Counted from the stretch's first letter, positions 24,101-35,938 are shown. The stretch: DNA of 64,000 nucleotides from Macrostomum lignano (GCA_002269645.1 NIVC01002320.1:1-64000), one strand, 5' to 3'. Numbers and translations are program-made. The notes: generated from the sequence alone by a model not told the origin.

Positions 24101-24633
24101 TTTTATCTGATCAATCAGAGCATGGGAGCCTCAGCTGGAATCAAATGTTCCAAATTCTCTGTCTGTGCGCAGTGGTTGGTGTCGCCATCGTTCTGTCCAT
24201 CTCGCTGCCTGCCACAGTCTACGTCTGGAGGCGAACTGCATCGCCTCGGTTGGGAATTCAGCGGCAGCACGGAGCAGCCACAGACGGGAGATCAGCTGAC
24301 GTGCCTCTGGCCCCTGTGACTGCTGCTGAGCGAGATCCCAATGTAATATTGCTTTTCAGTATTGCTTGCTCAATTTGCAGGTTAATCTGTGAATGAAGCT
24401 GACAATCTGCGGCACTTTTCAGACCGTCTACTACTACGAGGAGAACCAGACACTTCCAGATCGGCCTCCGAGCGTTGAGGAGACGGACGCGAATGTGAGT
24501 CTACTGTCTGAATCTTTGCCAGATGCTCTTAGTGCATGCTCAGTGCAGGATTCAGTTCCGTTCATTGCAGATGGCGAACTGTTCTGAGGAGGAGCAGACG
24601 GCTCAGGGAGCTGTGGAATTCTACGTGCAGTGA
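12141..24633 (+). CDS. F-type-lectin/10xIg transmembrane receptor, copy 2 (open, 1320 aa by exon sum; LTR element in intron 5)
   Basis: Exons 12141-12198, 12276-12497, 12564-12779, 12989-13185, 13337-13469, 18861-19069, 19140-19314, 19412-19572, 19880-20012, 20095-20243, 20323-20470, 20541-20674, 21476-21632, 21803-21936, 22008-22164, 22242-22390, 22480-22612, 22703-22854, 22955-23102, 23221-23526, 23613-23743, 23822-24023, 24119-24342, 24423-24494, 24571-24633. Sum is 3963 nt, all phases match, and there is no internal stop. The exon 3 donor is weak and uncertain. AATAAA at 24809-24814. Confidence 0.8.
13592..13955 (+). repeat. 29-bp minisatellite, intron 5, copy 2 (~12 units, interrupted by the LTR insertion)
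   Basis: Directly visible; the last partial unit resumes at 18824. Confidence 0.95.
14196..15074 (+). pseudogene. gag: Gypsy gag with two CCHC zinc knuckles and an in-frame TAG
   Basis: MEERDEK..PPKFSG..WLSIFE..; TAG at 14796-14798, after which the same frame continues to CYQCGKDGHIARRC and CFNCSGWGHNAAVC. Confidence 0.85.
15010..18363 (+). CDS. pol: Gypsy pol: protease C-terminal remnant, RT, RNase H, integrase
   Basis: LILGMDFI (protease C-term; no D[ST]G upstream); RT YVDD with FGMCNSPATFQR; RNase H LSCDAS; integrase H-H-C-C (HDAAASGH..CAAC), IDIKG, SDQG, VERGNRT, and GPY motif. The ORF track starts at 14854, but that part is off-frame gag. Confidence 0.9.
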   Translation: MSVDLILGMDFIGRATSELRININNKTVFFNDEAVPFFTNSSKIQMVTGTLVARIECNINVPARSEKLVWLRVKSKDEQGVFEPNAEFTQETGLLASRVLALSADQRIPVLMCNLGSEAVTLYANKAVGEFEAADVLEPVGNVKEKLKNWDVNPELTELERDKLMTILKANDDLFSTHEFDLGSTSVLKHHIELEPGARPFRQRQRPLPLPLRDRVDDKIGQMLAHDIIEPSSSPWASNLIVVKKKNGDIRICTDWRQLNAATVKDAYPLPHLQQSMDALSGCSWFTTIDCKQGFNQVEVEEADRYKTAFYSTRGLMQFKKMGFGMCNSPATFQRLMELIMSGLTWEEVLVYVDDLIVFSKSFDQHLVSLRRVFERLRSAGLKLNKEKSVFAYRSVKYLGHVVSSEGIQPDPSKVEALSKIKTPSSAEEVRRFIGMLGFYRRFIQDFSRIAAPLHAATQKTGFTWTDECESAFTKLRERICQAPVLRLPDFSRPFILSCDASAFAVGAVLSQAHGDSELPVAFASRTLNKAERNYSATDRELLALVWSLKHFRSYLCNVKHFTAFTDHQPLKGLLQTKEPEGRLARWLDTIQQFNFTLCYRPGRENVVPDMLSRTATTQLDSSRDQDFLEEQQRDALLQSVFKALTEGREHLSNSGQQKVEEFLGDDGIEIGPHGALVRQGKPVVPSHLRAEFMADAHDAAASGHLGADRTLQKLRERCWWPKMQQDVQNWVASCAACLRRKNNSRPQRAPLQSTAQPARPWETVQIDIKGPLPRTPRDNSYILSICDCFSKWMETRALPSIEAERVADVLVHQVALRHGVPDTIHSDQGRQFESQLFQSLCEQLGMRKTRTSPFHPSGNGLVERGNRTLGNMLATVVAESQDDWDVQLPFVTWAFNSSAHCTTGLSPFQVLHGWPPRLPLDVKLPHTNSGASDTLDYVEDVQKRLLQSRRLVHQKLQSAQTERNERYNKDVRFQPYNQGDLVMLSCKTVKPGRSKSLSNRWTGPYVVLKRLGEVNYRVRLAPGLAVRRRRKLVVHHDRLKPFVKRRGSLQLTDEQQPAPATSTSPEQLGVPDAWAQLSGGNDDDDGDTEAAIDPVVPPALRRSVRQRRPPDFYRPE
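18749..18819. other. Perfect 24-bp inverted repeat with a 23-nt loop (hairpin) in the DNA co-inserted with the LTR element
   Basis: aaaacaactgaacacatagcagag (18749-18772) is the exact reverse complement of ctctgctatgtgttcagttgtttt (18796-18819). Confidence 0.9.
20657..21432 (+). repeat. 42/43/50-bp splice-donor minisatellite, intron 12, copy 2 (~17 units)
   Basis: Same unit as copy 1, with variants carrying an extra GAGTGAT. Confidence 0.95.
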
Positions 24634-25172
24634 AAGTGATTTGCAAGTTCGAGTTTCACAGCTCAGACTCTGTTTTGGAGAAAACGAAACTGCAGATACG
24701 AGAGAGAGCATTGGCTGACCGAGCCTGCTTATATAGGCTCATTTCATGCTTCCCATGTTTCTGTGTATAAGACTGGCAATGCTTGTCAGACACTAAGTAG
24801 CGATATCAAATAAATATTTTTATTTTCTTTTCTGTCTTGCTGGATAATATTTAAAACAATAACTCGATTACCTTGAGAATTAAAGATGTCGAATCGAATC
24901 AGTGCCGTCAGTGTTGTGTATGATGGTGACAATGCTCGTCAGGCGCTATGTACGAGGAGCGTTGCAAAGGTTTCCGGACTGTGTTTACTGTGAACGACAT
25001 GAACGCCCACAACTCCTTGTACAGCTGCTCTAATGAATGAAAACGCTGCAAAATGATTCGAACTTGTGAGCAAATTTTTTTACAATTTATAACAGGTTAC
25101 ACATGGGCTTTGTTATAACGATTGGGAAATTCAAATTTATCACTTGCTATCGCCGTCTTATTACTGGCGGGG

Positions 25173-28100
25173 GGGTCGTTCTCAAATTCTGGGAGGAGCG
25201 AAAATTTTAACAATTTTCCGAACATTTACTATTGTTACTGCCGTATTGAAAATAATAGGACACTTTCATCCGTGAATAAAGATAATTTTTGGGTTGAAAT
25301 TTATGTTGCAAAAGTGTTTTAAGTTGTCTTGCGGTATTAGGCGATATTAGGTGATGAAAAAATTCAAATTCAATCACTTCACCGATGTCCTAATTTTTGA
25401 CACTATGATGTCTATAGCTAAAAAAAGTTGTTGTTGTGTTGAAAACTTGCTATACTACATTTAAAATGAAAGCTTATATAAATTTAATTTAAGATTTTTT
25501 TAAAGCTTAATAAACTGCACTATAAATGATTTTATAGACGCTTAACTGTACGCCTAGCATTTCCGGTGGGATAGCCTCTTTGCGTCTCACAAAATGTATT
25601 TTTCAGCTGACGTCTAGAATGTGCGCTTAAAATGATACATTTTGATGCAGATAATTAGAAAAACATGTCTTATTATCTTTTTGTAAAAAATTGTTATGAA
25701 ATAGAGCACTATTGTTGATAAAAATAATTAAAAGCAACCATGCATCGCAATAAACTCCTACTTTGAAGCACAAAATAAATATCCTGTAACCACACTAGCA
25801 TTCTCCATGGAGCACCTTTTGAGCTGAAATTTTACACAGATATCCAGTAAAGTAAACTGAGCAAATGATTTTTTTTGTTTTTGAAAATACTTCAATTTGG
25901 CTATGTATCAGTTAGTTCATTGGACATATTTATTATATTTTTATTAGAATCCTTGTAACCAAGCTGCAGAGAAACATGTGCAAAACTGGACCTTGAAATT
26001 TGACCTGAATGATCAGCAAATGTGTATCTCGAAATGATTTTTTTGTTTTCATCAAGTCATTCTATGCTAATTTTTTCTGAAGGGAAAGATACCATATATT
26101 TAGAGTCAATAGGGGAAGCATTTAGACTTATTCAATAGTCATTAAAATTGCAACTATATTATTATAATATAGTAATAATATTATACATGTATTATATAGT
26201 AATATTAACTTCTAAGATGCCCTTATAAATTTAAGTAAAGACAACAGGCCTTAATTAATTAATCAGCATTTTGAAGAAACTGACCTTATACAGATGGGCC
26301 CCAAGCTAAGAAATGAATGTAGAGCTTATTTCGTGTAAGGTATAAAAGTCAATTTATTATAATATTAAATACTCCTAATAAATTGGTTAAATTAGTTATT
26401 TACCTTGAATTAATTTAATTTTAATAATTAAATATATAAATTTGTTTCACTTCTTACTGCATTTAAATAGAGTACCTCTCTACTATACTATAGAAGTATA
26501 GTAAAAGTATATGGTAAAAAAGTATAGTAAAAAATTTTCTTTGGTTTAATCCCACCTTGCCTCAGTTTTTTAGTCTTAATACGAGCTAGATAGTAAGTGT
26601 TGATTAATTTGCTCCATCACCTTTTGCCACGGAAACAGCACATGTCGGACATGCAACACTCTTCCTGATCCCTGGATTCAAGATGACTGCTTCTGCTTCT
26701 TCAATGCTTGAAAACTGAGCTCATGGAGCTTTAGGTTATGCTGTCAGAGTGCTGCTGCCGGTGCTGTGTGTGTATGTGTGTGTCTTCTGCGGGTAGGTTC
26801 CCTGTCCCTCAGTTTAGCCACTGTTGTGGGCTAACTGGAGGAATTGCCGTTGTCGGTGCTGCAGATGGCACTGCATGGTAGTATTGACGCTGTCAGTGAC
26901 GCTGGCAAAGGCTTGGACAAAGCTAGGTGCCGTCATTGTCAGGAGGACATGCGTGTGCTGCTTAGACCAGTGCGCACATTCGACTGGACTCGTATCTGGT
27001 GCAGTCTGGTGTATTCACTGAGATTGTGTGGATCTGCCTCCTCGCATCACCTCAACCAGGCTCAATTTCTTTTGTAGAATTTTCGTGCGCTGCTTAACTG
27101 CATCTTGTGCCTGCTGAGTGATGCCAAGAATTGTGCCACACAATAATTTAGCCCATAAACTACTCGTATATTATACATATGTATGCACAGCACACACACA
27201 CGCAGTTCATTCATATTAAATGTACTAGTTAATGGAATTCTCATCTCATGAGCTCTAGTCTATGGACAAACCTGAAATTACTAGAATATCTAGATAGATC
27301 TAAACTTATTTGAGCAGCGCGCTGCGCTGCGAGCAAATACATGTAGATTCCTTAGCGCAACTAATTAATAGTGTCGTACAGTCTACAGCCTGAAGTAGCC
27401 TGTGTAAGATGCGGAGGGATGATTTTTGCATAGGAAGCCACTACGGTAAGGTTGATGGAACTATGGGGAGGTGAGAGATTCAAAGCGAGGGACGGAAGCC
27501 ATGCATAGTTCGATCATAAGTTTGATTATTGCATGAGTCTGGGGATGCATTAACGAGAGGCGGACGAGAGCATAGAAATAAAGGGGGCTAAATATATTAA
27601 TACACAAAATTACATGTACTAGCTAGTATTTTCAGAATGGTCAGCGACTCCTCCGATTTGTATCCGCGACCGCGTGCCCACAAATCCCCCGGCAGACTCT
27701 GTCGCAGTTGGTGGTTGTGCACAGAATACAATGTTAATTTTCGAGCTTCTCTGCAAAAAATGCGTGATGCACTCAAGATGCGTGCTATAGTCTACTTCTT
27801 TGATTGATGGCTGGGTTTTGCCTTTTCGCTTGTGATCATCAAAAGCTTGGGCGTCATTGCTACTGGTGTTTCAGTGTGCGCATTATGTCTGGTTATCATA
27901 TTATGTGCATGTGCAGTGTCTTTTACCTACATTTTTGTTTGTCTCTGTTTCCTGCATGCTCTTTCGCATTTTTACACCTCGCACATCCTCATTTTTCTCA
28001 ATTAACAAGTGAAATCTTTTCTTAAAGACTAATTGCTATTTTAGTTAAGCTAGTAGGTTTTTGGTAATTAAAAAATTCAATTTTGTCTATTTTCCAAAAA

Positions 28101-28972
28101 GTTTCAAAAAATGAATTAATTAAAATAAATTTGAATTATTTTAAGTTAATTGGAGTAAAATGTCTAATAAGTAACTATAATTTTTTTATTTTAAGTACAT
28201 GTAGCTTTGGTATAAGTATTAATGTAATGAGTACTTAAAGTAAAATCAAGCAAGTTATAGTTTTCAGAAATTATGCTACAAATAATCAAATATATACTAG
28301 TATCCGAATTCCTTTATTAAGGAACATGCAGTCGATATTAAATCCACAATGTGCTCTTTGGTGTTCAAGGATAGTTCCCTGACTTTTTCTATTATTAGTT
28401 AGATTTTATTATATTTAATGTAAAAATGAACAATTCTATTCAAGGTAAAAATGAACATTCTTTATTTGTCGAATCATCTTGCCTTTGAAAAGATACATAG
28501 TGAAAACTTGATTTTTAATTCAAACTTTCAAGACTTATTTAGACTTCTTAATTCAGTGATTAGTTAAACTGATCGAAGTTCTTTCGAGTGCATGCTATAA
28601 TAATTTCGCACTTTTTCGCACACGATAATTTTAAATGTCTGGGATTTAGAGCAGAGTAACAAAATGCTGTGCTCAAAAACATTTCCTTTGTCAATTTCTT
28701 GTTCTTTTATTTTTGCAAAAGAAATTTAACTGCATATTTAAAATAAAAATGGAAGAAAATTTTATTTTCTCTTTTAATATTTTTGTCGTTTATTTTCCGC
28801 AACAAAGAATAACAAATAGCCTTGATTTCTTCTCAATTTCAAGTTTTCTTGTGGTTTTAGTAGCAGCTTCTTACAGAAATTGTCGAAAGAATTTTTTTTG
28901 TACGATTATTAGTCGATGTATAAACTTTTTTTGCAATAACAAAAAGTTGTGACCTAGCTTTGAGAACGACCC
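25173..28972. mobile_element. ~3.8-kb non-autonomous DNA transposon with 14-bp TIRs
   Basis: GGGTCGTTCTCAAA at 25173-25186 and TTTGAGAACGACCC ending at 28972. The paralogous spacer (~53146-53156) is the empty site (cGGGGGGGct). The interior is AT-rich, with GC-richer stop-interrupted coding-like patches at ~26620-27800; no transposase motif recognised. Confidence 0.8.
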
Positions 28973-29299
28973 GGGGGCTACGACGCCGCGGTTAGGCCGC
29001 GAGGCCCCTTTCGCACGCTATCACCGTCACTTTCACCATTTTCCCCTGCCGCTGACATGCCAGGATGAAGTGCCGTTGGCTCTCCTTTGATCCATCGTTC
29101 GAAGCATTTTTGCTCCGTGCATTGCTTCGTTTGAGTGACCGAAAAATTAACAGCTTAAAAGTACAAGTTGCTCTGTGGCTCGCATTCCCTGTGATATTCC
29201 ATCAGCAGGTTGTCTGTGGAAAATGTTTTCAAATCGTTTTATAAAAGCCAGGCATGATTTTGCTCAGCATGTAGAATCGCTCACAGTTTTACCAGTCAA

Positions 29300-30760
29300 C
29301 AGTGCAGATGCGCAAGGAGTTGTGGGTAAAGTTCAGCTCATCTGGACATTGCTGTCGTTCTCGACAATAAACATAGCCCGGAACTTTTGCAACCTCTCAA
29401 AGCGTTCAGGATATTTGCAGAGATTGCATGGACAATAGTGATCTTGATTGTCGTCTTGCTTACGAATAATGATATTGTACTCTCTGACAACTCTGATTCG
29501 CATAACTTTTTGTTTTCGGAGAAACGACCGTCAAGCGATAATTTGCGATCCTCTGGTCTGCCTTGCCTGGTAGTCGGGGTTGAAGTTTGATTTCGGACTG
29601 ACTCAATGAGACAATGCCTGCCGCATCATTGAGAATAAAATCGAGTTGATGTCTGGCAGAAGGAATCAAATCGCTTTTATAAGCCTTAGATTTCTTTTTG
29701 CAGCCATTGGTGAAGATGAATATCATTGAAATAATCTTTTTTACACTGCGATATGTTTTCCCAGTGCATATTGTTTACATTTTATTCCTGTTTTAAGACT
29801 GTCTGACCCACAGCATCAGCTCACTATGTACAATGCTCTCTTTGTTTGCGGTATTGGGTTAATTATTAAATTGCATTATATTGTTAACAGGGCCTGTAAA
29901 AATTCAGCATGTGATCTACTGACCCATTACTTTATTAGTCATTCAAGAGCTGTACTTCAGTGTTTATCTCTTGCCAAGTGGATCTTGTGTTTGGCATAGG
30001 CATAAACTTATGTTGCAGATGCGAGATTCTGCACCACCTCATATTATTTGCTGTAGCCGATCGAAAACACCGTTTTATCAGATTATACACTGCCACACCA
30101 ACGCATTGGCATTGAAGCAGTGTCAGCCTAGTAAACTTCTTAGTGTAAGAAATATTTGGAGTGAACTCGGAAATTTATAAATTCCTAAATGTAGTAAACA
30201 TTTCAGCTCGGATTTTCAACGATTACCTTAGAAAGTTGGATTGTTTCCTCATGCGTAATCATAATTGTTCAGTACATCCCTGTGAGCCAACCAGCAGTGC
30301 GGCTTTGCCTGCGTCTCTGACTTCGGTGCCCACTGGCCTTCAGCTTGTTGACCTTCAACTGTCAGTTGAAGTTAAACAGAATTCTTTCCAATTTCTAGCA
30401 GGACAAAAAAACCAGAGACGGAGCTAAATTACTAATAAATAGCAGATTTGCAGCAGGCAGACAGTGGATCAAGGATTACTTAAGTAGATGGATGCAACAC
30501 TCGAAATCTATCGCAATTTTTGTCCGATATCTATCAGTCGTCCTTGCAGTGAAATTTTAAACAGTTGGAAGATGGTTGCCTGAGGCGAGAGCGAGGCTGT
30601 ATTTAGAAACAGAACTTGACCTCCTCGTGCGCCACGCGCGCGGAGAAGCTCAAATTATCGCTGGTGCAACTGCTTGCGAAAACCTTCAACACAAACACAA
30701 GCAAAAAAGATAAAACGGCCCGATTGGGGGCAACAAAACGCAAAATTACACAGACAACAG
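29300..30760 (-). pseudogene. Decayed antisense exons of a related Ig-domain gene (relics; also ~53560-54830 and in spacers A/A')
   Basis: Minus-strand fragments: signal-peptide-like AVLSFLLVFVLKVFASSC (~30650-30730), VEGQQAEG..KPHCWL (~30280-30365), EVVQNL..VYA.AKHK (~29985-30030), FRAMFIVEND + THNSLRICTV (~29290-29400). All are broken by stops or frameshifts. Confidence 0.45.
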
Positions 30761-32237
30761 ACAAAATGGGAAAAAGAAGGATTATTGTCAGTTTTTATGC
30801 ATAAATCTGATAAGGTCTTTCAGACTACTAACAGTAGCAATTTTTAGTATACTTGTAGACTCTCAATGCCGTGCAGACTTTGATTTGTCAAAGTTGAATT
30901 TTGAGTTGCATAAATCGAAAATCATTGGCCCGCACAGACGCTGCCATGTTCTGCGAGCCTCATCAAGCACCCAGCTTGAGTTCACCCAGGTACCCCAGCA
31001 GACGAGAGCGTCCGATACCAGATTTTGCGCTGATGGCGGATTCAACAACGAATCACACGCGATAACTTCATCATTTACGACAGAGTCTGACCCCGAGCCG
31101 TCAGTTAAGCGAGCGCCTTCTGTTTATTTGATATGGCAGCAATTTCCGATCAAACTGATCAGTACAAAAGTACGAGCTATAAAAGCAACGAATATTCGTA
31201 TAGCAAGTAGCAAAATAAACTAAAGTATGTAAAATAATTAATGCCACACTTTCCAATCATGCAGGTTACGACGCAAAGTTTATCTTTCAAAATTTAGAAA
31301 CTTTCATTCCTGCGATAGATTTCGATATCACAGTCAATACATATGCATTCACTACTCATAGTAGCTATTAATTTTTTTGAGTTTTGTTGAAATCTTACAT
31401 AAATCGCACTTGTGTCCCACCAATGACAAATGAGATAAGCGGTATTAAACCGTCGATCCGCGCCAAACACGTGCAGTTTTACCCAGGAGAGAAATTTCGC
31501 AACCGAGCCAGCAGTTTTCACTCCAAAGCACTGCTGCTGCTGCTGCTATTTCAGTTGCCAAGGAAACACTGAAAGCTGCTCTTCTTCATCAGCTGTCATG
31601 GCGCAGCTCTTGGCGCTGTGCGCTCTGTGTGCAGCTCTTTGTGCTCTTGGAGGCGGTGAGTTGTCTGTCTGCCTTCAATGTCAAATTACTGTAAGTCTTC
31701 ATCAGTCATGTGAAAGCCCCTGCTCTCCTACAGCGGTAAGCTCCATCAAGTTCAACATCACGACAACAAACATCGCGGCTTCCTGGCAGTCGTCAGAATA
31801 CTTCAACAGGTGCTTCAGAGACACGGCTGTTCCTGAGCGATGGGATTGCTTTCTCACGACGGACACCCCAGACTCTCATGGATACCAGTGGCTGCTCATT
31901 AAGCTGCCCCGTGCAATCCGTGTGCAATCAGTCACTGTCTATGGCAGGGCAGCAGGTGAGTTGTCTTGTTCACTTCTGTCTCTTCTGCTTCACTTCTTTC
32001 TCACTTCTCTTCTCACTGCAGAGCCCAGCAGAGCACAGAACATCGAGATTCTGCTGAGTGACAGACTGCCATCGGGTCTGAATGCGAGCAATGGCAGTTG
32101 CTATGGGACTCTGTCCGGTAGCTTGAGCTCGCTCACTCAGTGCGGAGTCACCCAGCGTGAGCAGACTCAGACTCACAAGGTGGCCTGCAGCTACTCTGGC
32201 TGCCCGAATGTGGGTTCAAATACTCTGTTGTTGCTGA

Positions 32238-32316
32238 GTGCAAATAGGTGCAAATAGGTGCAAATAGGTGCAAATAGGTGCAAATAGGTGCAAATAGGTG
32301 CAAATAGGTGCAAATA
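32238..32316 (+). repeat. 10-bp repeat (GTGCAAATAG)n, intron 3, copy 3 (~8 units)
   Basis: Directly visible. Confidence 0.95.
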
Positions 32317-33106
32317 AATGGGTAAATCACACGAAATTTCAGCTGACTGAGTACATCTTGCTAAGGAAGAACGTTCGAAACGAATCTGATAAGTACATGA
32401 ACTTTCAAGCTCTGGAAGTCGAAGAGGGTACGACTGTAGTTGAATAAAGCTTAATTAAGTCTTCATGGGACATTGTTGACTCTAAACAGACTTTCTCTCT
32501 TTCAGCATCTCAGAATGCGCAGATTTATAGGTGTGAAGTGTCTGGCAGACACCTCAGTAACTGCAGACTCAATGCTTTGCAAACTTTGAAAAATGGTGAC
32601 AGAGTTTATATGAAAGTCTGCCCATCATGTCAGCTTCCGACAATTGATGCAGCATCTTGTCGCATTGCTGCTCCAAGTGGCAATATCACACAGCTGAGAG
32701 TTGTGAGCTCACGGATGAATTTATTTCTTTTTTAATGATTTTCACAGGCTATTTGACTAAATAATAGGAATAAGTGGAATGAGCAATTATGAATGTTAAC
32801 AGTTTATTTTTTATACGATTTTAGTCAGTTCATTAATGTTCTTTCACCATTTTCAGAATGGGCACCCAGACTCCAATTTAATTGTGATTTTCACATCGAC
32901 TGCGGAAAGTCAAGGAGGAAACTTCACGTGCAACTTCAACTGCTCGAGCGAGTTGTCTCAGTCAGCGACTGAACCGATCGGTTTCTTTGGTATGCAGCTT
33001 TTGTGTGTACTTTTTACCTTAGACAGGTGAATTCAAATGAAACTTATAGATTTGTAGAGCAACCTTGTACTATTCAAACTGTTTTAATCTAGGGTATTGG
33101 TATTTT

Positions 33107-33255
33107 GCTAGCAGCCTAGCAGCAGGTGCAGTACAAATGGCAGCCTAGCAGCAGGTGCAGTACAAATGACAGCCTAGCAGCAGGTGCAGTACAACTGGCA
33201 CCCTAGCAGTAGGTGCAGTACAAACGGCAGCCTAGCAGCAGGTGCAGTACAAACG
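33107..33255 (+). repeat. 29-bp minisatellite, intron 5, copy 3 (~5 units)
   Basis: Directly visible. Confidence 0.9.
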
Positions 33256-35112
33256 GCTGAGCTCATTTTCTGTTGCAGAGGAGAAGCCCAGAAGTGTCAG
33301 CATTGAGCCCAGCAACAGGGTCCAGATTGGATCAAGGATATTTCTGGCTTCAGGCATGGAGTTCCACTTCAGCTTCATCACAGAAGCTGCGTACCCAAGT
33401 CCCATCCATGCTTGTAGGCTGGTGAGAACTGCTGAACAGGAAACTACAGAAGATACTTCAGGTGTTCTACTGCATCCCGTCAGAGAGGTGAGAACATCCT
33501 GTGCAATCTTACTACCTCCATTCCCCATTCTGATCTTCTCTCATCAAATGATTTTTCAGAGATCTCTAACTGACGCATCAGCAAACAAAAGCCATGCAAT
33601 TACCAAGATCTCAGAGTACAGACTCAACATTACAGCACACATGCAAGCAGCTGGGCAAAAGATACAGTGCGTGTCAACTGTCGGTGAAAGCAGTGGAAAA
33701 GTGGTGAAATCAATTTTGCTGCCTGAGCTTGTAGGTAAGCAAAATATGGGAGGGCGAATACTGGCAGGTACCAGGAATTTCTCATATTAGATGAAGATGA
33801 GTTGTATTGAAATGATAAAAATTGCAGTACCAAGCAAGCCAGAGTTTCTGCTACCGCCAATCACGGACTGGAAAGATAGCCACTCCGTCTCAGTTACTGT
33901 CAAATCAGTAACAGACAGCCCTGTTCCAACCAGCCACCGCTGCTTGCTGGAGACTCGAACCGGCAACAGAAGCCTCACCGCAGCTCAGGTGAGTCTCGCT
34001 TTGGTTTGATGTCTTTGTGATGTCGGTTTCGAAAACAAATAAATTGCTTCAAACATAAATTGCTCTTCAAACATTGAATACATTTCATCAAACCTCAAAT
34101 ATTTTAAGTCATACGCCGCTGAAGTGATGCATTCAATGTTCTAAGCATGAGCATGTTTAATTTCTCGATGAAGTTTCTTCTAGCCTCTTCTAGAAGCTCA
34201 GCATGGACACCATGCTCATTGGATAAATAGGAAATTCCTAAATTACAAAAAATGTTGATTCATTTGTTTCCATATATGTCCATACACAGGACTACTCCTG
34301 GATCTACTACTACTTGAGCAGCATCACAAGAAGCGCATTCGAACTGGCTGTTGATAGGCACTGGGGCAACCCAACATCTCTGGTCTGTTTGGTAAATCAA
34401 TCCGGGCTGATCCAGACATGGACTCGACATCAGCTACCGAAGGTGCTCTGTGAGTCTCTGATGCCATGACTTCCGTCATTAATCTATTGTTGCATTTCAA
34501 GACTGTCATTTAATTATATTTTCGAATTCAGACAAGGCCGAAGGGCTAGCCATCCGTATTTGGTCAGGAGACATAGTGAGTGATGAAGAAGCCAGCTTCT
34601 CAGTGACTGCATCTGACTCAGGATACCCAGCGGCTCTGCACCAGTGCAGAATCGACAGAAAGAGCCTCGGAGAAGACAAGGTATGAGGCTGATGTTATTG
34701 CTGCTCCATTCCGAGTTCCCAACCTCTGCTTTATAATAAAGAAATTCAATGCTGCAATTTTGGCCCACCATTCCGCAGACTGCAGGGTCAGACAGCTCAA
34801 CTCACTGGAGATTCACGCCTCAGCGAGGGCACAACGGTGAAAGAATCAGATGCGATGTGGTGCAGAAACTGAGTGGCTCTTTGATATTCAGTCAGACTGT
34901 CAACAGCTCTAATCTGGATATTAAATGTGAGTATCATGCTTTAATATGCTGCATGCTGTGATCCCAATCGATACAGTAGGGCTGCTTGCACTTCAGACAA
35001 GGCAAATGTCACGTGGCCCAGCAATATCCCTCTGAAAAAGGAAGGAGAGGCTCTGTCATTTGTTGTACTCGCAGACGGCAACCCAGAGCCCAGCAGTCAG
35101 TGCTGGCTGCAG

Positions 35113-35938
35113 CTGGTTTCTGGCTCACAGGTGAGTCTTTGATTTGGGATGATGCTGGTTTCTGGCTCACAGGTGAGTCTTTGATTTGGGATGATGCTGG
35201 TTTCTGGCTCACAGGTGAGTCTTTGATTTGGGATGATGCTGGTTTCTGGCTCACAGGTGAGTCTTTGATTTGGGATGATGCTGGTTTCTGGCTCACAGGT
35301 GAGTCTTCAATTTGGGATGATGCTGGTTTCTGGCTCACAGGTGAGTCCTTGATTTGGGAGTGATGCTGGTTTCTGGCTCACAGGTGAGTCTTTGATTTGG
35401 GAGTGATGCTGGTTTCTGGCTCACAGGTGAGTCTTTGATTTGGGAGTGATGCTGGTTTCTGGCTCACAGGTGAGTCTTTGATTTGGGATTGATGCTGCTG
35501 GTTTCTGGCTTACAGGTGAGTCTTTGATTTGAAAGTGATGCTGGTTTCTGGCTCACAGGTGAGTCTTTGATTTGGGAGTGATGCTGGTTTCTGGCTCACA
35601 GGTGAGTCTTTGATTTGGGAGTGATGCTGCTGGTTTCTGGCGCACAGGTGAGTCTTTGATTTGGGAGTGATGCTGCTGGTTTCTGGCTCACAGGTGAGTC
35701 TTTGATTTGGGAGTGATGCTGGTTTCTGGCTCACAGGTAACCTTTGATTTTGGAGTGATGCTGGTTTCTGGCTCACAGGTGAGTCTTCAATTTGGGAGTG
35801 ATGCTGGTTTCTGGCTCACAGGTGAGTCTTTGATTTGGGATTGATGCTGCTGGTTTCTTGCTCACAGGTGAGTCTTTGATTTGGGAGTGATGCTGCTGGT
35901 TTCTGGCTCACAGGTGAGTCTTTGATTTGGGAGTGATG
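35113..35938 (+). repeat. 42/43-bp splice-donor minisatellite, intron 12, copy 3 (~19 units)
   Basis: Directly visible. Confidence 0.95.
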
